DNA of 59,378 nt, filler included. It is 3 parts of 3 records of this genome, joined end to end, with 100 filler letters (N's around TTAATTAATTAA, not from the genome) between each part and the next. Parts side by side here need not be neighbours in the genome. Positions count along the whole stretch, not along the records: positions 1 to 20,620 come from SRR31156797_3961; 2 more parts are not named here. One strand, written 5' to 3'. A model generated the notes under the pieces. It searched no databases. It was not told where the DNA came from and saw only the letters and a program-made list of their open reading frames with translations. Both the position numbers and the translations under genes were made by a program. Shown here piece after piece: positions 1 to 11,450 of the stretch; positions within the stretch are counted from its first letter, which is position 1, and each line of letters opens with the position of its first letter.

Positions 1-26
1 TGAACAGAAACTTATGTAGGTTGGTA

Positions 27-1256
27 TTAAGTGGTTGCCTGAGCTTTATTCACCTTAGCCAAATCCGGTAAATTCCCTTTCAAACCAAGCGCACGCTTCA
101 TGATTTCATCTTTCGCGCCCGGAAGCTGACCCGCCAAACGCATACCAATACCACGAATCAGTTTTTTAGCTGGATTGTCGCCTTCAAACAGATCTTTAAA
201 GCCTTGCATCGCCGCTATCATGGTTGCAGCTTCGGCCTTACGCCAGCGCTCATAGCTGCGCAAATTACGTTTAGAACCGATATCTTCACCCTGTTTCCAA
301 AGCTCTATCACTTCCTGAGCAAGGCTTGCAGCATCTAAGAAACCGAGGTTAACACCTTGCCCTGCCAATGGGTGGATGGTATGTGCTGCATCGCCAACCA
401 ATGCAATACGCTCTGCAACAAAGTCTCGCGCATAACGCATTTTAAGTGGGAATGCACTACGCTCACTCACCACTTTACAAAGCCCGAGTCGAGAATCGAA
501 CTCGGCGGTTAATGTTTTGTTGAACTCACGATCATCCATTGCAACTAACTGTTCGGCTCGATTCGGGTCTGTCGACCAAACAATGGAACTCATGTGTGAA
601 TCACCCAATGGCAAAAATGCTAGCGGCCCTAACGGTGTAAAAATCTGACGCGCGATTTGTTGATGAGGTTCATGAGTATGAATATTGGCAACCACAGCGC
701 TATGACCATAATCCCAATGCGTCAAGGGAATATCTTGCTGCTTACGTACCCAAGAATTCGCACCATCAGCCCCTACCACCAGCTTAGCTGTTAATGATTG
801 GCCATTACTTAACGTTAGCCAAGCTTCACTTTCTCCCACCGCCAAGTTTTCACAAGTTGCAGGCATAAACAGTGACACGTTATCTTGTAGCTTCACCTGA
901 TCAAGTAAAGCGAGCTGAATAACACGATTTTCGACAATGTGTCCAAGGTTAGGTTGGGTCAAACTATTTGCATCAAATTCAATCCGCGCAAAACTATCCT
1001 GCTCCCACACTTCCATCGCTCGATACGGCGCAGCCCGACGCATCGTGATGCCCTGCCATGCACCTAAATTACGCAGAATAATTTCACTCGAACGGCTCAA
1101 CGCTGATACGCGGGTATCTGGCTGCTCGCTCAATCCTTCATGAGGAAGATTCCCTTCGATAACAGCAATACGCAAATCGGTATTTTTAAATGCGGCAGCT
1201 AACGCAAGCCCAACCATGCCGCCACCAACGATCGCAATATCTACACTTTGCATCAT
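27..1256 (-). CDS. ubiI: FAD-dependent 2-octaprenylphenol hydroxylase (UbiI/VisC)
   Basis: GGGMVG FAD motif, GADG, GDAAHTIHPLAGQGVNLG; directly downstream of ubiH; start trimmed to the ATG at 1256 (MMQSVDI) behind an AAGGAA SD. Confidence 0.9.
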   Translation of the reverse strand: MMQSVDIAIVGGGMVGLALAAAFKNTDLRIAVIEGNLPHEGLSEQPDTRVSALSRSSEIILRNLGAWQGITMRRAAPYRAMEVWEQDSFARIEFDANSLTQPNLGHIVENRVIQLALLDQVKLQDNVSLFMPATCENLAVGESEAWLTLSNGQSLTAKLVVGADGANSWVRKQQDIPLTHWDYGHSAVVANIHTHEPHQQIARQIFTPLGPLAFLPLGDSHMSSIVWSTDPNRAEQLVAMDDREFNKTLTAEFDSRLGLCKVVSERSAFPLKMRYARDFVAERIALVGDAAHTIHPLAGQGVNLGFLDAASLAQEVIELWKQGEDIGSKRNLRSYERWRKAEAATMIAAMQGFKDLFEGDNPAKKLIRGIGMRLAGQLPGAKDEIMKRALGLKGNLPDLAKVNKAQATT

Positions 1257-1269
1257 ATACCAATTCCTT

Positions 1270-2454
1270 TTATCGATTGACCACACCAAGGGTGCGACGA
1301 AGCAGCGGAGTTTTCAGCACTGGAAAATTATCCATTGCCATTAGCCCTAAGTTCCTGCCTATACGTAGAGCAATTAAATCATTTGAGAACAGGTGTACCA
1401 ATCCTGACGTGAGGTTAATGGTACTGGTTCTATCATTTTCACGACGCTGCTTAAATTTACTAAGATGGCTGTAGCTTCCCACATCATCAGCTTGAATAAT
1501 CTCATCCACCAGGCTGGCCACGTCTCGGATACCTAAATTAAAACCTTGCCCAGCAATGGGGTGAAGTGATTGCGCTGCATTACCAACAATAGCAAAGCGG
1601 TGAGATACATTTTGCTCTCGGTATCTCAACAATAGTGGGTACGCACTCCGCTCCCCTGTTTTTTCTAACTTACCTAGACGCCAACCAAACGCAGTCTGCA
1701 ATTGAGTTAAAAAATCACTATCGTCGAGAGACAACACGTCATTCGCTTGTTCTGGTGGCAGACACCAAACCAAAGACATTCGATTATCACTCATTGGCAA
1801 CAAAGCGACAGGGCCATGAGAAGTGAAACGCTCAAATGCACGCCCTTGGTGTGATTCAGTTGGGACAACATTAGCAATCACAGCAACCTGATTAAAATTG
1901 TGCTCTTGCAATGATAAACCAATCTTCTCGCAACAGGTTGAAACCGCGCCATCAGCCGCGACTAGAAGCTTAGATTGAATTTGAGAACCATCAGATAAGG
2001 TTGTTACAACACGTTCGCTGCTGCGCTCAATATCGGTAATGCTTAAAGGGCAATAAAGTGAAACAGCGTCAGAACTATCAATGTGTTCCGCATAAATTCG
2101 GCCGACATCAGCTAACTCAACAACATAACCTAGCGCATCGACCCCGACATCTTGCTTGTCAATTTCTGTCATGCCAGCATGAGATCGGTCAGAAACATGA
2201 ATATGATTGATTGGTGTTGCAACGCTACTGAGTGATTGCCATAAGCCAAATCGTCGTAAGATTTCTACCGTACCATGAGATAAAGCTATCGACCGAGCAT
2301 CAAATCCCGGATGTTGTTGGTGGTCAGCTTGATAAGCTTCGACCACAGCAACCGACACGTTTCCGTGACTTAGCCGGCTTAATGCCAAAGCGAGTGTCGC
2401 TCCCGCCATGGCACCACCAGCAATAATGACATCAAAGGATTTTATCTCATTCAC
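1270..2454 (-). CDS. ubiH: 2-octaprenyl-6-methoxyphenol hydroxylase
   Basis: GGAMAG, HPGFDARSIAL, GNAAQSLHPIAGQGFNLG motifs; ygfB-ubiH-ubiI order; GTG start at 2454 behind GAGGA. Confidence 0.92.
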   Translation of the reverse strand: MNEIKSFDVIIAGGAMAGATLALALSRLSHGNVSVAVVEAYQADHQQHPGFDARSIALSHGTVEILRRFGLWQSLSSVATPINHIHVSDRSHAGMTEIDKQDVGVDALGYVVELADVGRIYAEHIDSSDAVSLYCPLSITDIERSSERVVTTLSDGSQIQSKLLVAADGAVSTCCEKIGLSLQEHNFNQVAVIANVVPTESHQGRAFERFTSHGPVALLPMSDNRMSLVWCLPPEQANDVLSLDDSDFLTQLQTAFGWRLGKLEKTGERSAYPLLLRYREQNVSHRFAIVGNAAQSLHPIAGQGFNLGIRDVASLVDEIIQADDVGSYSHLSKFKQRRENDRTSTINLTSGLVHLFSNDLIALRIGRNLGLMAMDNFPVLKTPLLRRTLGVVNR

Positions 2455-2464
2455 ATTCGCGTCC

Positions 2465-3040
2465 TCAGTGAATGGTTGGCTGCTTATCTTGCTCTGGCTT
2501 AACGCCCAGCTCGGCATGCAGAATCAAAACACACGCTTTTACATGCTCGATAACTTGCTCGAGCAGTTGAGCCTGCTCTTCAAGATCGTCATCTTCATCG
2601 ATACCCAGCTTGGTTATCTCTTCTAAATCTTCCAATGCCTCTTTTGCATCGGCAGAAGCTTGTTTAATCGACGCTCCCGCAAGCCCCAAGCCTGAAATGA
2701 AGTGATTGACCCAATCAGCAACCCCATCAGCGAAATCAAACAGAGCTTCTTCACCTTCCGTTACCGGTAAAATAAGACTCAGCTCTAAGCTGGTATCAGT
2801 AAGCTCAGCATTCGTTGCCGCTAATACTTGTTTCGCAAAAGCTAATGCGCCAACAGGCCATCCCATACCATCATTGGTATAATCAAATATCAATGGTTGC
2901 CAGCTATCATCCTTTAAGCTTAAACCGCCCGCTAACATACCCGTCAATAAGCCATGTAACTCCGCAGGATTGACACCTAGAGAAGCAGATTTCAACTCAT
3001 TGGCTAAATTATCGTAAGTAGGAAAAGTGGTTTCGCTCAT
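2465..3040 (-). CDS. ygfB: UPF0149 family protein (YgfB/YecA)
   Basis: AELHGLLTG motif, acidic C-terminal half, divergent from zapA as in gammaproteobacteria. Confidence 0.88.
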   Translation of the reverse strand: MSETTFPTYDNLANELKSASLGVNPAELHGLLTGMLAGGLSLKDDSWQPLIFDYTNDGMGWPVGALAFAKQVLAATNAELTDTSLELSLILPVTEGEEALFDFADGVADWVNHFISGLGLAGASIKQASADAKEALEDLEEITKLGIDEDDDLEEQAQLLEQVIEHVKACVLILHAELGVKPEQDKQPTIH

Positions 3041-3285
3041 AACGGGCTCGTCTTAAAAGATAAAAATATGCTTAATCCTACCACTTCGACCATCATGCGA
3101 AAACGCTGATGTTGTCAATTATGACTAGCTTTTATGCAAATTGACTAAGAACTGAGTTTTCGTTCCTCATTTTTGGATGATAATCGGGAAAAGCTTGAAT
3201 CTTAGAAGCGCTTTACCTATAGTTTCCACCTTGATGGTGAGTTGAGAAACACCATCCTTGGCGACGTGAATAGAGTTCATTAATC

Positions 3286-3597
3286 ATGAGTAATCAAGCG
3301 GTTGACGTAGAAATATTAGGTAAGCTAACGCGGGTAAACTGTCCGGCGGGTCAAGAAGACTCTCTGATCAGTGCTGCGCAAGATCTTGACCGACGATTAA
3401 AAGAGATGGCTGACAGAACGAAAGTGACCAATGAGGTAAAATTACTCACTATCGCCGCGTTGAACATCTGTTATGAGTTGCAAACTTACCAGCAACAAAA
3501 TGATGGACAACAACAAGAAATTAACGAGAGAATGGAAAAACTAACGGTTTCTCTCGAAGATGCTCTCAGTAAGGTTAACCCGGAACCAACCGTCTAA
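3286..3597 (+). CDS. zapA: Cell division protein ZapA
   Basis: VDVEILGK..RVNCP, IAALNICYEL, C-terminal coiled coil; upstream of 6S RNA. Confidence 0.93.
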   Translation: MSNQAVDVEILGKLTRVNCPAGQEDSLISAAQDLDRRLKEMADRTKVTNEVKLLTIAALNICYELQTYQQQNDGQQQEINERMEKLTVSLEDALSKVNPEPTV

Positions 3598-3615
3598 CCT
3601 TCGACATATAAAAGT

Positions 3616-3800
3616 ATTTACCCTGGGGTGTTTGTCAGTGGATTTAAGTCCCCGAGCCGATAAGCAATACCCAAGGATTAGTACTTGATGACTATTGAGC
3701 AAGCTTGGCTCGTACCGAGAAGCCTACGGTTATCATTGCTGATCCGCCTTGAACTAGCTGGTTCAAGGGCCACAATCTACAACGGCACTCTGGGGTACCC
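3616..3800 (+). ncRNA. ssrS: 6S RNA
   Basis: About 185 nt between zapA and ygfA; complementary ends (ccctggggtg...cactctgggg) and conserved internal motifs (gtccccgagccgata, ccttgaac, ggttcaaggg); ends approximate. Confidence 0.92.
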
Positions 3801-3803
3801 TAT

Positions 3804-4391
3804 ATGATTACTCGCAACGAATTTCGTTCTGCTATCCGTAATAAACGCAACCAACTCCCTAGTGATGTTCAGTTTCAGGCGAGTCAGGATCTCATAGAGC
3901 GTTTTTCTTCTCTCCCTGAAATGCAACGCTGTCAAAAAATCGCTCTGTACCTCTCTACTGATGGTGAGCTTGATACTCAGCCATTGATTGAATGGTTGTG
4001 GTCACAAGGGAAAAGTATCTACCTACCGGTATTACACCCCTTTTCCTCTGGGCACTTGCTGTTTTTACACTACAACCAAAACACGCCTATGACCTACAAT
4101 AAGTTTGGGATTCTTGAACCAAAGCTAAACCAAACTTTAGTATGCCCAGTAAAAGAGCTCGATCTCATATGTACCCCATTAGTCGGATTTGATTCCAACG
4201 GGCACAGACTGGGGATGGGCGGTGGGTACTACGACCGTACATTAGAACCCTGGTTTAAAACTGGGTTAGGCGCAACGCCTATCGGCTTAGCGCATGACTG
4301 CCAGCATGTCGACGAATTACCTACCGAGCAGTGGGATGTTCCACTTCCTAAAGTTGTCACTCCTAGCCAAATCTGGCAATGGAACCAATGA
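3804..4391 (+). CDS. ygfA: 5-formyltetrahydrofolate cyclo-ligase
   Basis: FGILEP, PLVGFD, RLGMGGGYYDR, WDVPL motifs; directly downstream of ssrS. Confidence 0.93.
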   Translation: MITRNEFRSAIRNKRNQLPSDVQFQASQDLIERFSSLPEMQRCQKIALYLSTDGELDTQPLIEWLWSQGKSIYLPVLHPFSSGHLLFLHYNQNTPMTYNKFGILEPKLNQTLVCPVKELDLICTPLVGFDSNGHRLGMGGGYYDRTLEPWFKTGLGATPIGLAHDCQHVDELPTEQWDVPLPKVVTPSQIWQWNQ

Positions 4392-4543
4392 ATTTCCCTC
4401 ACTCTAGTTCTCAGGTAGTTCAACGTCTAACCGTAGAGATATAGCTTCGATTATTCACAAAGTGCAGTACATCTTGGCTAATTTTGAGTATATAATCCCG
4501 CGCAGAAAACTCGAACCACCTCTAAAGACATAGGAATATAGGC

Positions 4544-5200
4544 ATGACTCAAGATGAAATGAAAAAAGCCGCCGGTTGGGCTGCACTTAAATATGTAGAA
4601 AAAGGCAGCATTGTTGGCGTTGGTACAGGTTCAACTGTTAATCACTTCATCGATGCTTTAGGTTCAATCAAAGACGATATCAAAGGTGCGGTATCGAGCT
4701 CAATCGCTTCAACTGAAAAGCTAAAAGGCTTGGGTATTGAAGTATTCGATTGTAACGATGTAATGAGCCTAGATATTTATGTTGATGGTGCCGATGAAAT
4801 CAACCCACAACGTGAAATGATCAAAGGTGGTGGCGCTGCGCTTACTCGCGAAAAGATCGTCGCAGCTATTGCTCAAAAATTTATCTGTATCGTAGATGGT
4901 ACTAAAGCGGTCGACGTTTTAGGGACTTTCCCACTTCCTGTTGAAGTGATTCCAATGGCTCGTTCATACGTTGCTCGCGAGTTGGTGAAACTTGGTGGTG
5001 ATCCGGTTTACCGTCAAGGAGTGGTCACAGACAACGGCAACGTGATTTTAGATGTTCACAGCCTGCACATTACCGACGCAAAAGATCTGGAAGCGAAAAT
5101 CAATGGCATTGCCGGTGTCGTCACCAACGGTCTATTCGCAATTAGTGGTGCTGATGTGGTAGTAACAGGTACTCCAGAAGGCGCAAAAATCGAAGAATAA
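4544..5200 (+). CDS. rpiA: Ribose-5-phosphate isomerase A
   Basis: [23 protein letters not shown] motifs. Confidence 0.97.
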   Translation: MTQDEMKKAAGWAALKYVEKGSIVGVGTGSTVNHFIDALGSIKDDIKGAVSSSIASTEKLKGLGIEVFDCNDVMSLDIYVDGADEINPQREMIKGGGAALTREKIVAAIAQKFICIVDGTKAVDVLGTFPLPVEVIPMARSYVARELVKLGGDPVYRQGVVTDNGNVILDVHSLHITDAKDLEAKINGIAGVVTNGLFAISGADVVVTGTPEGAKIEE

Positions 5201-5235
5201 TTCTAAAAAAAGCTTATTTTTCGTTATTTGATTAC

Positions 5236-5261
5236 AAACGGCACCTCAGGTGCCGTTTTTG
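5236..5261 (+). terminator. Intrinsic terminator after rpiA
   Basis: aaacggcacc-tca-ggtgccgttt hairpin followed by T-run. Confidence 0.8.
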
Positions 5262-5450
5262 TTACTTTTCTATGAAGAAAATTATGCCTTATTCCGTAAT
5301 TTTCTTACCCAATCACAAAAAAATTTGATAACTTAATGGTCAGAAGAAACGCAACGAAAACGTTTGCTTTTTAAATTAAGAGTAATTTTTGTGTAGTTCG
5401 CTCGATGTTTCTCACATCAGCACTCCCTTCCCATTTTAAGGACGAGAACA

Positions 5451-6680
5451 ATGGCCAAAGTTTCACTGGAAAAAGAAAAGATCAAGATACTACTCCTTGA
5501 AGGACTTCACCCATCTTCTGTTGAAGTTCTGCAAGCTGCTGGCTATACCAACATTGAATATGTAAAAGGTTCTTTGGAAGAGCCGGAACTGATTGAAGCA
5601 ATCAAAGATGTTCACTTTATCGGGATTCGCTCCCGTACGAACCTGACAGAAAAAGTGATTAACGCTGCAGAGAAACTTGTCGCTATCGGTTGTTTCTGTA
5701 TTGGTACCAACCAAGTCAATCTTGATGCCGCAGCCGCTCGCGGTATTCCAGTGTTCAACGCACCATTCTCAAACACTCGTAGTGTCGCAGAGTTGGTACT
5801 GGGTGAAATTCTATTGATGCTTCGTGGCATTCCAGAAAAGAATGCGCTTGCTCACCGTGGTATTTGGAAGAAAAGTGCAGACAACTCATACGAAGCTCGT
5901 GGTAAAGCTCTTGGTATCATCGGTTACGGCCACATTGGTACTCAGCTAGGTATTATTGCTGAAAACTTAGGTATGCGCGTTTACTTCTACGACATCGAAA
6001 ACAAACTATCGCTGGGTAATGCTACTCAAATCCATACCATGAGTGAACTACTGAACAAATGTGATGTTATCTCTCTTCATGTTCCTGAAACACCAGAAAC
6101 TAAGAACATGATGGGTAAAGAACAGTTCGACCGCATGAAGCCAGGTTCAATCTTCATTAACGCGGCTCGCGGCACCGTTGTGGATATTCCAGCACTGTGT
6201 GATGCTATGGAATCTGGCCACCTAGCGGGTGCGGCGATTGACGTATTCCCAACAGAGCCAGGCTCAAACAAAGAAGCATTCGAATCTCCTCTAATGAAAT
6301 TCGACAACGTGATCCTAACTCCGCACGTTGGTGGTTCAACACAAGAAGCACAAGAAAATATCGGTATCGAAGTTGCCGGTAAACTCGCGAAATACTCAGA
6401 TAACGGTTCAACGCTCTCTAGCGTTAACTTCCCTGAAGTATCGCTGCCTGAGCATCGTCAATGTTCTCGTCTACTACACATTCACGAAAACCGCCCAGGT
6501 ATTCTGACGCAAATCAACACCATCTTTGCTTCTGAGGGCATCAACATCGCCGCTCAGTACCTGCAAACTACGGCAAATATCGGTTACGTAGTGATTGATG
6601 TTGAGGTCGATCGTTCAGAAGAGGCGTTAGAGAAACTGAAAGGTATCGAAGGCACAATGCGTGCTCGTATTCTTCACTAA
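5451..6680 (+). CDS. serA: D-3-phosphoglycerate dehydrogenase
   Basis: GIIGYGHIG, INAARG, TPHVGGSTQEAQ, C-terminal ACT domain (HENRPG). Confidence 0.97.
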   Translation: MAKVSLEKEKIKILLLEGLHPSSVEVLQAAGYTNIEYVKGSLEEPELIEAIKDVHFIGIRSRTNLTEKVINAAEKLVAIGCFCIGTNQVNLDAAAARGIPVFNAPFSNTRSVAELVLGEILLMLRGIPEKNALAHRGIWKKSADNSYEARGKALGIIGYGHIGTQLGIIAENLGMRVYFYDIENKLSLGNATQIHTMSELLNKCDVISLHVPETPETKNMMGKEQFDRMKPGSIFINAARGTVVDIPALCDAMESGHLAGAAIDVFPTEPGSNKEAFESPLMKFDNVILTPHVGGSTQEAQENIGIEVAGKLAKYSDNGSTLSSVNFPEVSLPEHRQCSRLLHIHENRPGILTQINTIFASEGINIAAQYLQTTANIGYVVIDVEVDRSEEALEKLKGIEGTMRARILH

Positions 6681-6683
6681 ATG

Positions 6684-6743
6684 AATATTTGCTCTTAGGA
6701 GCAAATATTTTCCATAAAAAAACCAGCCAATCGGCTGGTTTTT
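6684..6743. terminator. Two hairpins between convergent serA and ilvH; the second is a bidirectional terminator
   Basis: aatatttgctc-ttag-gagcaaatatt (6684-6709) and aaaaaccagcc-aatc-ggctggttttt (6718-6743), the latter with A- and T-runs on both sides. Confidence 0.78.
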
Positions 6744-6763
6744 GTTTATCTCGATGTTAATGG

Positions 6764-7258
6764 TTAGCCACGCAACGCTCTTTCACCACGGGCAATACCC
6801 ACCACGCCGCTTCTCGCTACTTCTACCACATCCGTGACCTCAGCCATTGCCTGAATGAAGGCATCCAACTTTTCACTGGTTCCGGCAAGCTGAACCGTGT
6901 ATTGAGAGGCCGTTACGTCAACGATCTGTCCACGGAAGATATCCGTCGTACGTTTAACTTCCGTGCGAGCAAAACCTGTCGCTTTTACTTTTACCAACAT
7001 CAACTCACGTTCAATGTGTTCACATTCAGTCACTTCCTGAACTTTAAGCACATCAATCAGCTTATGCAGTTGTTTTTGAATTTGCTCAAGCTGCATTTCA
7101 GTTGACGTTGTCGTCAGGTTCAAACGCGATAAAGTATCATCATCGGTTGGTGATACATTCAAACTCTCAATGTTGTAGCCACGTTGAGAGAACAGACCAA
7201 CAACGCGAGACAAAGCACCCGGTTGGTTTTCCATTAATAGTGAAATAATGTGTCTCAT
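6764..7258 (-). CDS. ilvH: Acetolactate synthase III small subunit
   Basis: ENQPGALSRVVGLFSQRGYNIESL ACT domain; downstream of ilvI. Confidence 0.96.
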   Translation of the reverse strand: MRHIISLLMENQPGALSRVVGLFSQRGYNIESLNVSPTDDDTLSRLNLTTTSTEMQLEQIQKQLHKLIDVLKVQEVTECEHIERELMLVKVKATGFARTEVKRTTDIFRGQIVDVTASQYTVQLAGTSEKLDAFIQAMAEVTDVVEVARSGVVGIARGERALRG

Positions 7259-7259
7259 C

Positions 7260-8981
7260 TTAGGTTCTCTCCGTTTTGCTCAACCACATTTTATCCATAC
7301 CCTCGCCTTTAATTTGCATAGGGTAAACGTGCTCAGTTTCATCCACATTGATATCGACGAAGACCAGACGATCTTTCATATCGAGTGCTTTTTGCAAGCC
7401 CGCTTCCAGTTCATCTGGAGTATTAATGCGAATACCTACGTGACCGTAAGCTTCCGCGATAGCTGCAAAGTCGGGAACTGAACTCATGTAGGAGTTAGAG
7501 TGTCGCCCTTGATAAATGATGTCTTGCCACTGTTTAACCATTCCTAAGAATCGGTTGTTCAGGTTGATAATTTTTACCGGAATATCGTATTGCAATGCCG
7601 TTGATAGCTCCTGAATATTCATCTGAATACTACCATCACCGGTAATGACGACGACTTCTTCCTGAGGCATAGCGAACTTAACGCCCATTCCCGCCGGAAG
7701 ACCGAATCCCATCGTGCCTAAGCCACCTGAGTTAATCCAACGACGCGGTTTATTGAATGGATAGTAAAGTGCGGCAAACATCTGGTGCTGACCAACGTCG
7801 GATGCCACATACGCATCCCCATTCGTCAGCTTGTGAACGGTTTCGATGACTTGTTGCGGCTTAATACGCTCGCTGGAAGTCTCGTAAGATAAGCATTGAC
7901 GATCTCGCCATACCTGAATTTCACTCCACCAAGTATCGATGGCTTCTGCATCGTTGCTGCTGTTTTGTTCCACCAGCAGTTGAAGCATGGTTTCCAAAAC
8001 CTGATCCGCTGAACCAACAATCGGTAGATCCACTTTCACATTTTTAGAAATGGAGGAAGGATCAATATCGATATGCATAATCTTGGCATCAGGACAGTAC
8101 TTCTCAAGGTTATTGGTGGTACGGTCATCGAAACGAACGCCGATACCGAAGATCAAATCAGCATTGTGCATCGCCATGTTGGCTTCATAGACACCATGCA
8201 TGCCCAGCATACCCAGCGCATTTTTATGAGTGCCAGGGAAAACGCCCAAGCCCATCAGTGTACTGACCACGGGAAGGTTCAGTTTTTCTGCTAATTGAGT
8301 CACTTGTTGGTCTGCGCCAGCAATTGAAGCACCACCGCCGACATACAGCACGGGTTTTTTCGCTTCAAGCAACGCTTTCAAGGCTTTCTTGATCTGCCCT
8401 TTATGACCTGACGTCGTCGGGTTATAAGAACGCATTTTGATCGTTTCTGGATATTGATAAGGAAGTTTGATCTGCGGATTCATGACGTCTTTAGGCAGAT
8501 CAATCACCACCGGACCAGGGCGGCCAGTTGAAGCAATATAAAAAGCTTTCTTGATCGTTTCTGGAATATCTTCGGCTTTCTTTACGAGGAAACTGTGTTT
8601 AACGATCGGACGTGATACACCAACGATGTCACATTCCTGAAACGCATCATTACCGATCAGGTTGGTTGCTACGTTTCCAGAGATAACGATCATTGGGATC
8701 GAATCCATGTAAGCTGTCGCGATACCCGTAACGGTGTTCGTTGCGCCGGGGCCAGAACAAACAAGTACTACGCCAGGTTTCCCTGTTGCGCGTGCATAAC
8801 CATCGGCCATATGAGTTGCAGCTTGTTCATGACGAACAAGTACGTGTTTGATATTGTCGGTTTTTTCATGGAGGGCGTCGTAGATATCAAGTACTGAACC
8901 ACCTGGGTAGCCAAATATTTGTTCTACGCCTTCTTCGATCAGAGATTGAACGACCATCTCTGCGCCGGATAACATTGCCAT
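7260..8981 (-). CDS. ilvI: Acetolactate synthase III large subunit
   Basis: [26 protein letters not shown]...NN TPP motif. Confidence 0.96.
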   Translation of the reverse strand: MAMLSGAEMVVQSLIEEGVEQIFGYPGGSVLDIYDALHEKTDNIKHVLVRHEQAATHMADGYARATGKPGVVLVCSGPGATNTVTGIATAYMDSIPMIVISGNVATNLIGNDAFQECDIVGVSRPIVKHSFLVKKAEDIPETIKKAFYIASTGRPGPVVIDLPKDVMNPQIKLPYQYPETIKMRSYNPTTSGHKGQIKKALKALLEAKKPVLYVGGGASIAGADQQVTQLAEKLNLPVVSTLMGLGVFPGTHKNALGMLGMHGVYEANMAMHNADLIFGIGVRFDDRTTNNLEKYCPDAKIMHIDIDPSSISKNVKVDLPIVGSADQVLETMLQLLVEQNSSNDAEAIDTWWSEIQVWRDRQCLSYETSSERIKPQQVIETVHKLTNGDAYVASDVGQHQMFAALYYPFNKPRRWINSGGLGTMGFGLPAGMGVKFAMPQEEVVVITGDGSIQMNIQELSTALQYDIPVKIINLNNRFLGMVKQWQDIIYQGRHSNSYMSSVPDFAAIAEAYGHVGIRINTPDELEAGLQKALDMKDRLVFVDINVDETEHVYPMQIKGEGMDKMWLSKTERT

Positions 8982-9331
8982 ATTTTCTCCTTACCAGAAT
9001 CCGATTAACTAGGTCAGTCAATGAGTCTGGTTTTACATAGTCTAGGGCTTATTCGTAGCCTAATTCGAAAACTTTCCGCTTTCAGCTATGTCCCGCTTTT
9101 GTCATAACAAAAGCAAAGGTAACGCAACAACTTTAACCCTTTCTTATCATCAGGTCTAACCATCAATATGAGCGATTTTAATAGATGTATGGCAAAGCGG
9201 TATTCAACAAGTATCAAACGTTAGTTTCAAATAAACAGACAGATGATTATTTTTATAGTATATAAAAAAACGGTACATAATTTTAGCAACAACTATAAAC
9301 AATCCAGATCGGAGATTGGGTACTTATGAAT

Positions 9332-9370
9332 AAAAAAATCCCCAGTTGATCACACTTCAACTGGGGATTT
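9332..9370 (-). terminator. Intrinsic terminator of the acyl-CoA ligase gene
   Basis: 14-bp stem aaatccccagttga / tcaactggggattt with an A-run on the left (U-run on the minus strand). Confidence 0.8.
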
Positions 9371-9397
9371 AAAGTTTATAAAATGGATTTAAATTAA

Positions 9398-11203
9398 CTA
9401 CTTAGTTTTCTTCTCTTGATACATTTCGTCAATCTCATCTTGGTAACGAGTGTTGATCACTTTACGGCGTAGTTTCTGCGTTGGTGTCAATTCACCTTCG
9501 TCCATAGAGAAGGCTTTTGGTAGCAGCTTGAACTTTTTCACCTGCTCAAACTTTGCCAGCCCTTCTTGAAGTTCGTTAATGCGCTTTTCGAACATCTCGA
9601 TAACTTCGTTGTGCTTCAACAACTCCATACGATCGTGATATTTAATGTTCAGTTCTTTAGCGTGCTCTTCCAGAGCGTCGTAACAAGGTACGATAAGCGC
9701 AGATACAAACTTACGGGTATCAGCAATCACCGCGATTTGCTCGATAAAGTGGTCTTTACCAATTGCGCCTTCAATGACTTGAGGAGCAATGTATTTACCA
9801 CCAGAGGTTTTCATTAATTCTTTAATACGATCAGTAATAAACAGATTACCCTGATCATCAATATGACCAGCATCACCCGTTTTTAAGAAACCATGCTCAT
9901 CAAATGTTTTCGCAGTCTCTTCCGGCATTTTGTAATAACCGCGCATGACCATCGGACCACGAACCAGAATTTCGTTATTGTCACCAATTTTAACTTGAGC
10001 ACCCGGCATAGACATACCGATAGAGTCAGGGTTGAAGCATTGATCATCCCAGCAAGAAACGGTGGCTGTTGTCTCTGTCATGCCGTAGCCGAGCTTGACG
10101 TTAATACCTAGCGCGTGGAAGAAGCGACCGATGGTTTCATCCAGCTTCGCACCACCACATGGCATGAAGTTAATACGACCACCCAATAATGCTCTGAGTT
10201 TACCCAGAACAATTTTGTCTGCGAACTTATGACTGCGTTTCAATAACCAAGAAGGCTGACGGTGTTCCTGATGACACAGGGCCATTTTTGCCCCCATGTT
10301 GACCGCCCAGGTAAACATCACTTTACGGTGGAACGGTGCACGAGACACTTTTTCATGAATAGCAGAGAAGATCTTCTCGTAGAAACGAGGCACCGCACAC
10401 ATCACAGTCGGACGTACTTCACTTAATGCTTCACGTACATGGGACACATCGTGCAGGTAGCAGTTTGTTGCGCCTTTATAAAGTACGTAGAAAGTCCAAG
10501 CTCGCTCAAAAACGTGAGAAAGCGGTAGGAAACACAGCGATACATCTTCTGTACTGAGGTTCAGACGTTGATCATGTCCCTCAAGTTGCGAACCAATATT
10601 ACGGTAGTCCAACATCACGCCCTTCGGCTGACCGGTGGTACCAGAGGTGTATATCAGTGTAATGAGATCATCAAAGTTAACTTGCTCTAAACGTAACTCT
10701 AGTTCTGCGCGATCAGATTCCTGACCCAGTGCAATAAACTGAGACCAATGCTGAGCATGTTCGAAACCTTTCAGTTCGATGGTTTCATCCATTGCAACGA
10801 TGAGCTGCAACTGTTCGCACTGGTCAAAAATGCGAATCGCTGCGTCATATTGAGGCTGTTCACCGACAAATAAGATCTTAACGTCTGCATTTTGCAGAAT
10901 ATAAGCAGACTGATCAGCGGTATTGGTTGGGTAGATAGGAACAGTAACGGCTCTTAATTGCAGAGCAGCAAAATCAGTGATCGTCCACTGCGGAATATTA
11001 TTGGAGAAAATACCAATTTTATCCTGTACGCCAATGTTCTGTGAAAGTAATGCTAATGACAACGCATCCATTTGTTGTCCAAATTGCTTCCAACTAATGC
11101 TTTTCCATGCATCGCCCACTTTGTGTTTGAGGGCACAACGTTCACCACCCGCAGAAACTTGCTCACGGATTCGTTTAACGATATGAAAATCTAAATTAGT
11201 CAT
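9398..11203 (-). CDS. Long-chain fatty acid--CoA ligase (AMP-dependent synthetase)
   Basis: [14 protein letters not shown]-binding loop, [26 protein letters not shown]. Confidence 0.9.
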   Translation of the reverse strand: MTNLDFHIVKRIREQVSAGGERCALKHKVGDAWKSISWKQFGQQMDALSLALLSQNIGVQDKIGIFSNNIPQWTITDFAALQLRAVTVPIYPTNTADQSAYILQNADVKILFVGEQPQYDAAIRIFDQCEQLQLIVAMDETIELKGFEHAQHWSQFIALGQESDRAELELRLEQVNFDDLITLIYTSGTTGQPKGVMLDYRNIGSQLEGHDQRLNLSTEDVSLCFLPLSHVFERAWTFYVLYKGATNCYLHDVSHVREALSEVRPTVMCAVPRFYEKIFSAIHEKVSRAPFHRKVMFTWAVNMGAKMALCHQEHRQPSWLLKRSHKFADKIVLGKLRALLGGRINFMPCGGAKLDETIGRFFHALGINVKLGYGMTETTATVSCWDDQCFNPDSIGMSMPGAQVKIGDNNEILVRGPMVMRGYYKMPEETAKTFDEHGFLKTGDAGHIDDQGNLFITDRIKELMKTSGGKYIAPQVIEGAIGKDHFIEQIAVIADTRKFVSALIVPCYDALEEHAKELNIKYHDRMELLKHNEVIEMFEKRINELQEGLAKFEQVKKFKLLPKAFSMDEGELTPTQKLRRKVINTRYQDEIDEMYQEKKTK

Positions 11204-11215
11204 CTATCTACCTAT

Positions 11216-11257
11216 AGCTTACACCTGTAAGCTTAATTGAGCGCACAAGTGTACCTT
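11216..11257. promoter_or_regulatory. Two FabR-like operator palindromes upstream of the acyl-CoA ligase
   Basis: AGCTTACA-CC-TGTAAGCT (11216-11233, perfect arms) and AGCGCACA-AG-TGTACCTT (11240-11257) resemble the FabR consensus AGCGTACAnnTGTACGCT. Confidence 0.65.
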
Positions 11258-11346
11258 TGGAACGGCAAAAGGCAACTGACAAACATCAAACTTCTGAATT
11301 ATTTTAGAGGCATCAAACAGTATTATTTTAAGAAGCTCTAAAGAAT

Positions 11347-11387
11347 AAAAAAACCTTGGGCTGGTCTCCCTTCCCAAGGCTTTTTTA
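11347..11387. terminator. Probable terminator downstream of leuO
   Basis: A-run, ccttggg...cccaagg hairpin, T-run. Confidence 0.6.
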
Positions 11388-11450
11388 ACATCCTGTTTTC
11401 ATGTTAGTTCCAGCAAAAATGTGTAGAATTTGCTAGAACTAGTACGGAAA

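Noticed and set aside
2454-2465. pepP missing between ygfB and ubiH compared with E. coli
   Set aside because: The genes abut cleanly with no relic; most likely the ordinary lineage-specific gene order
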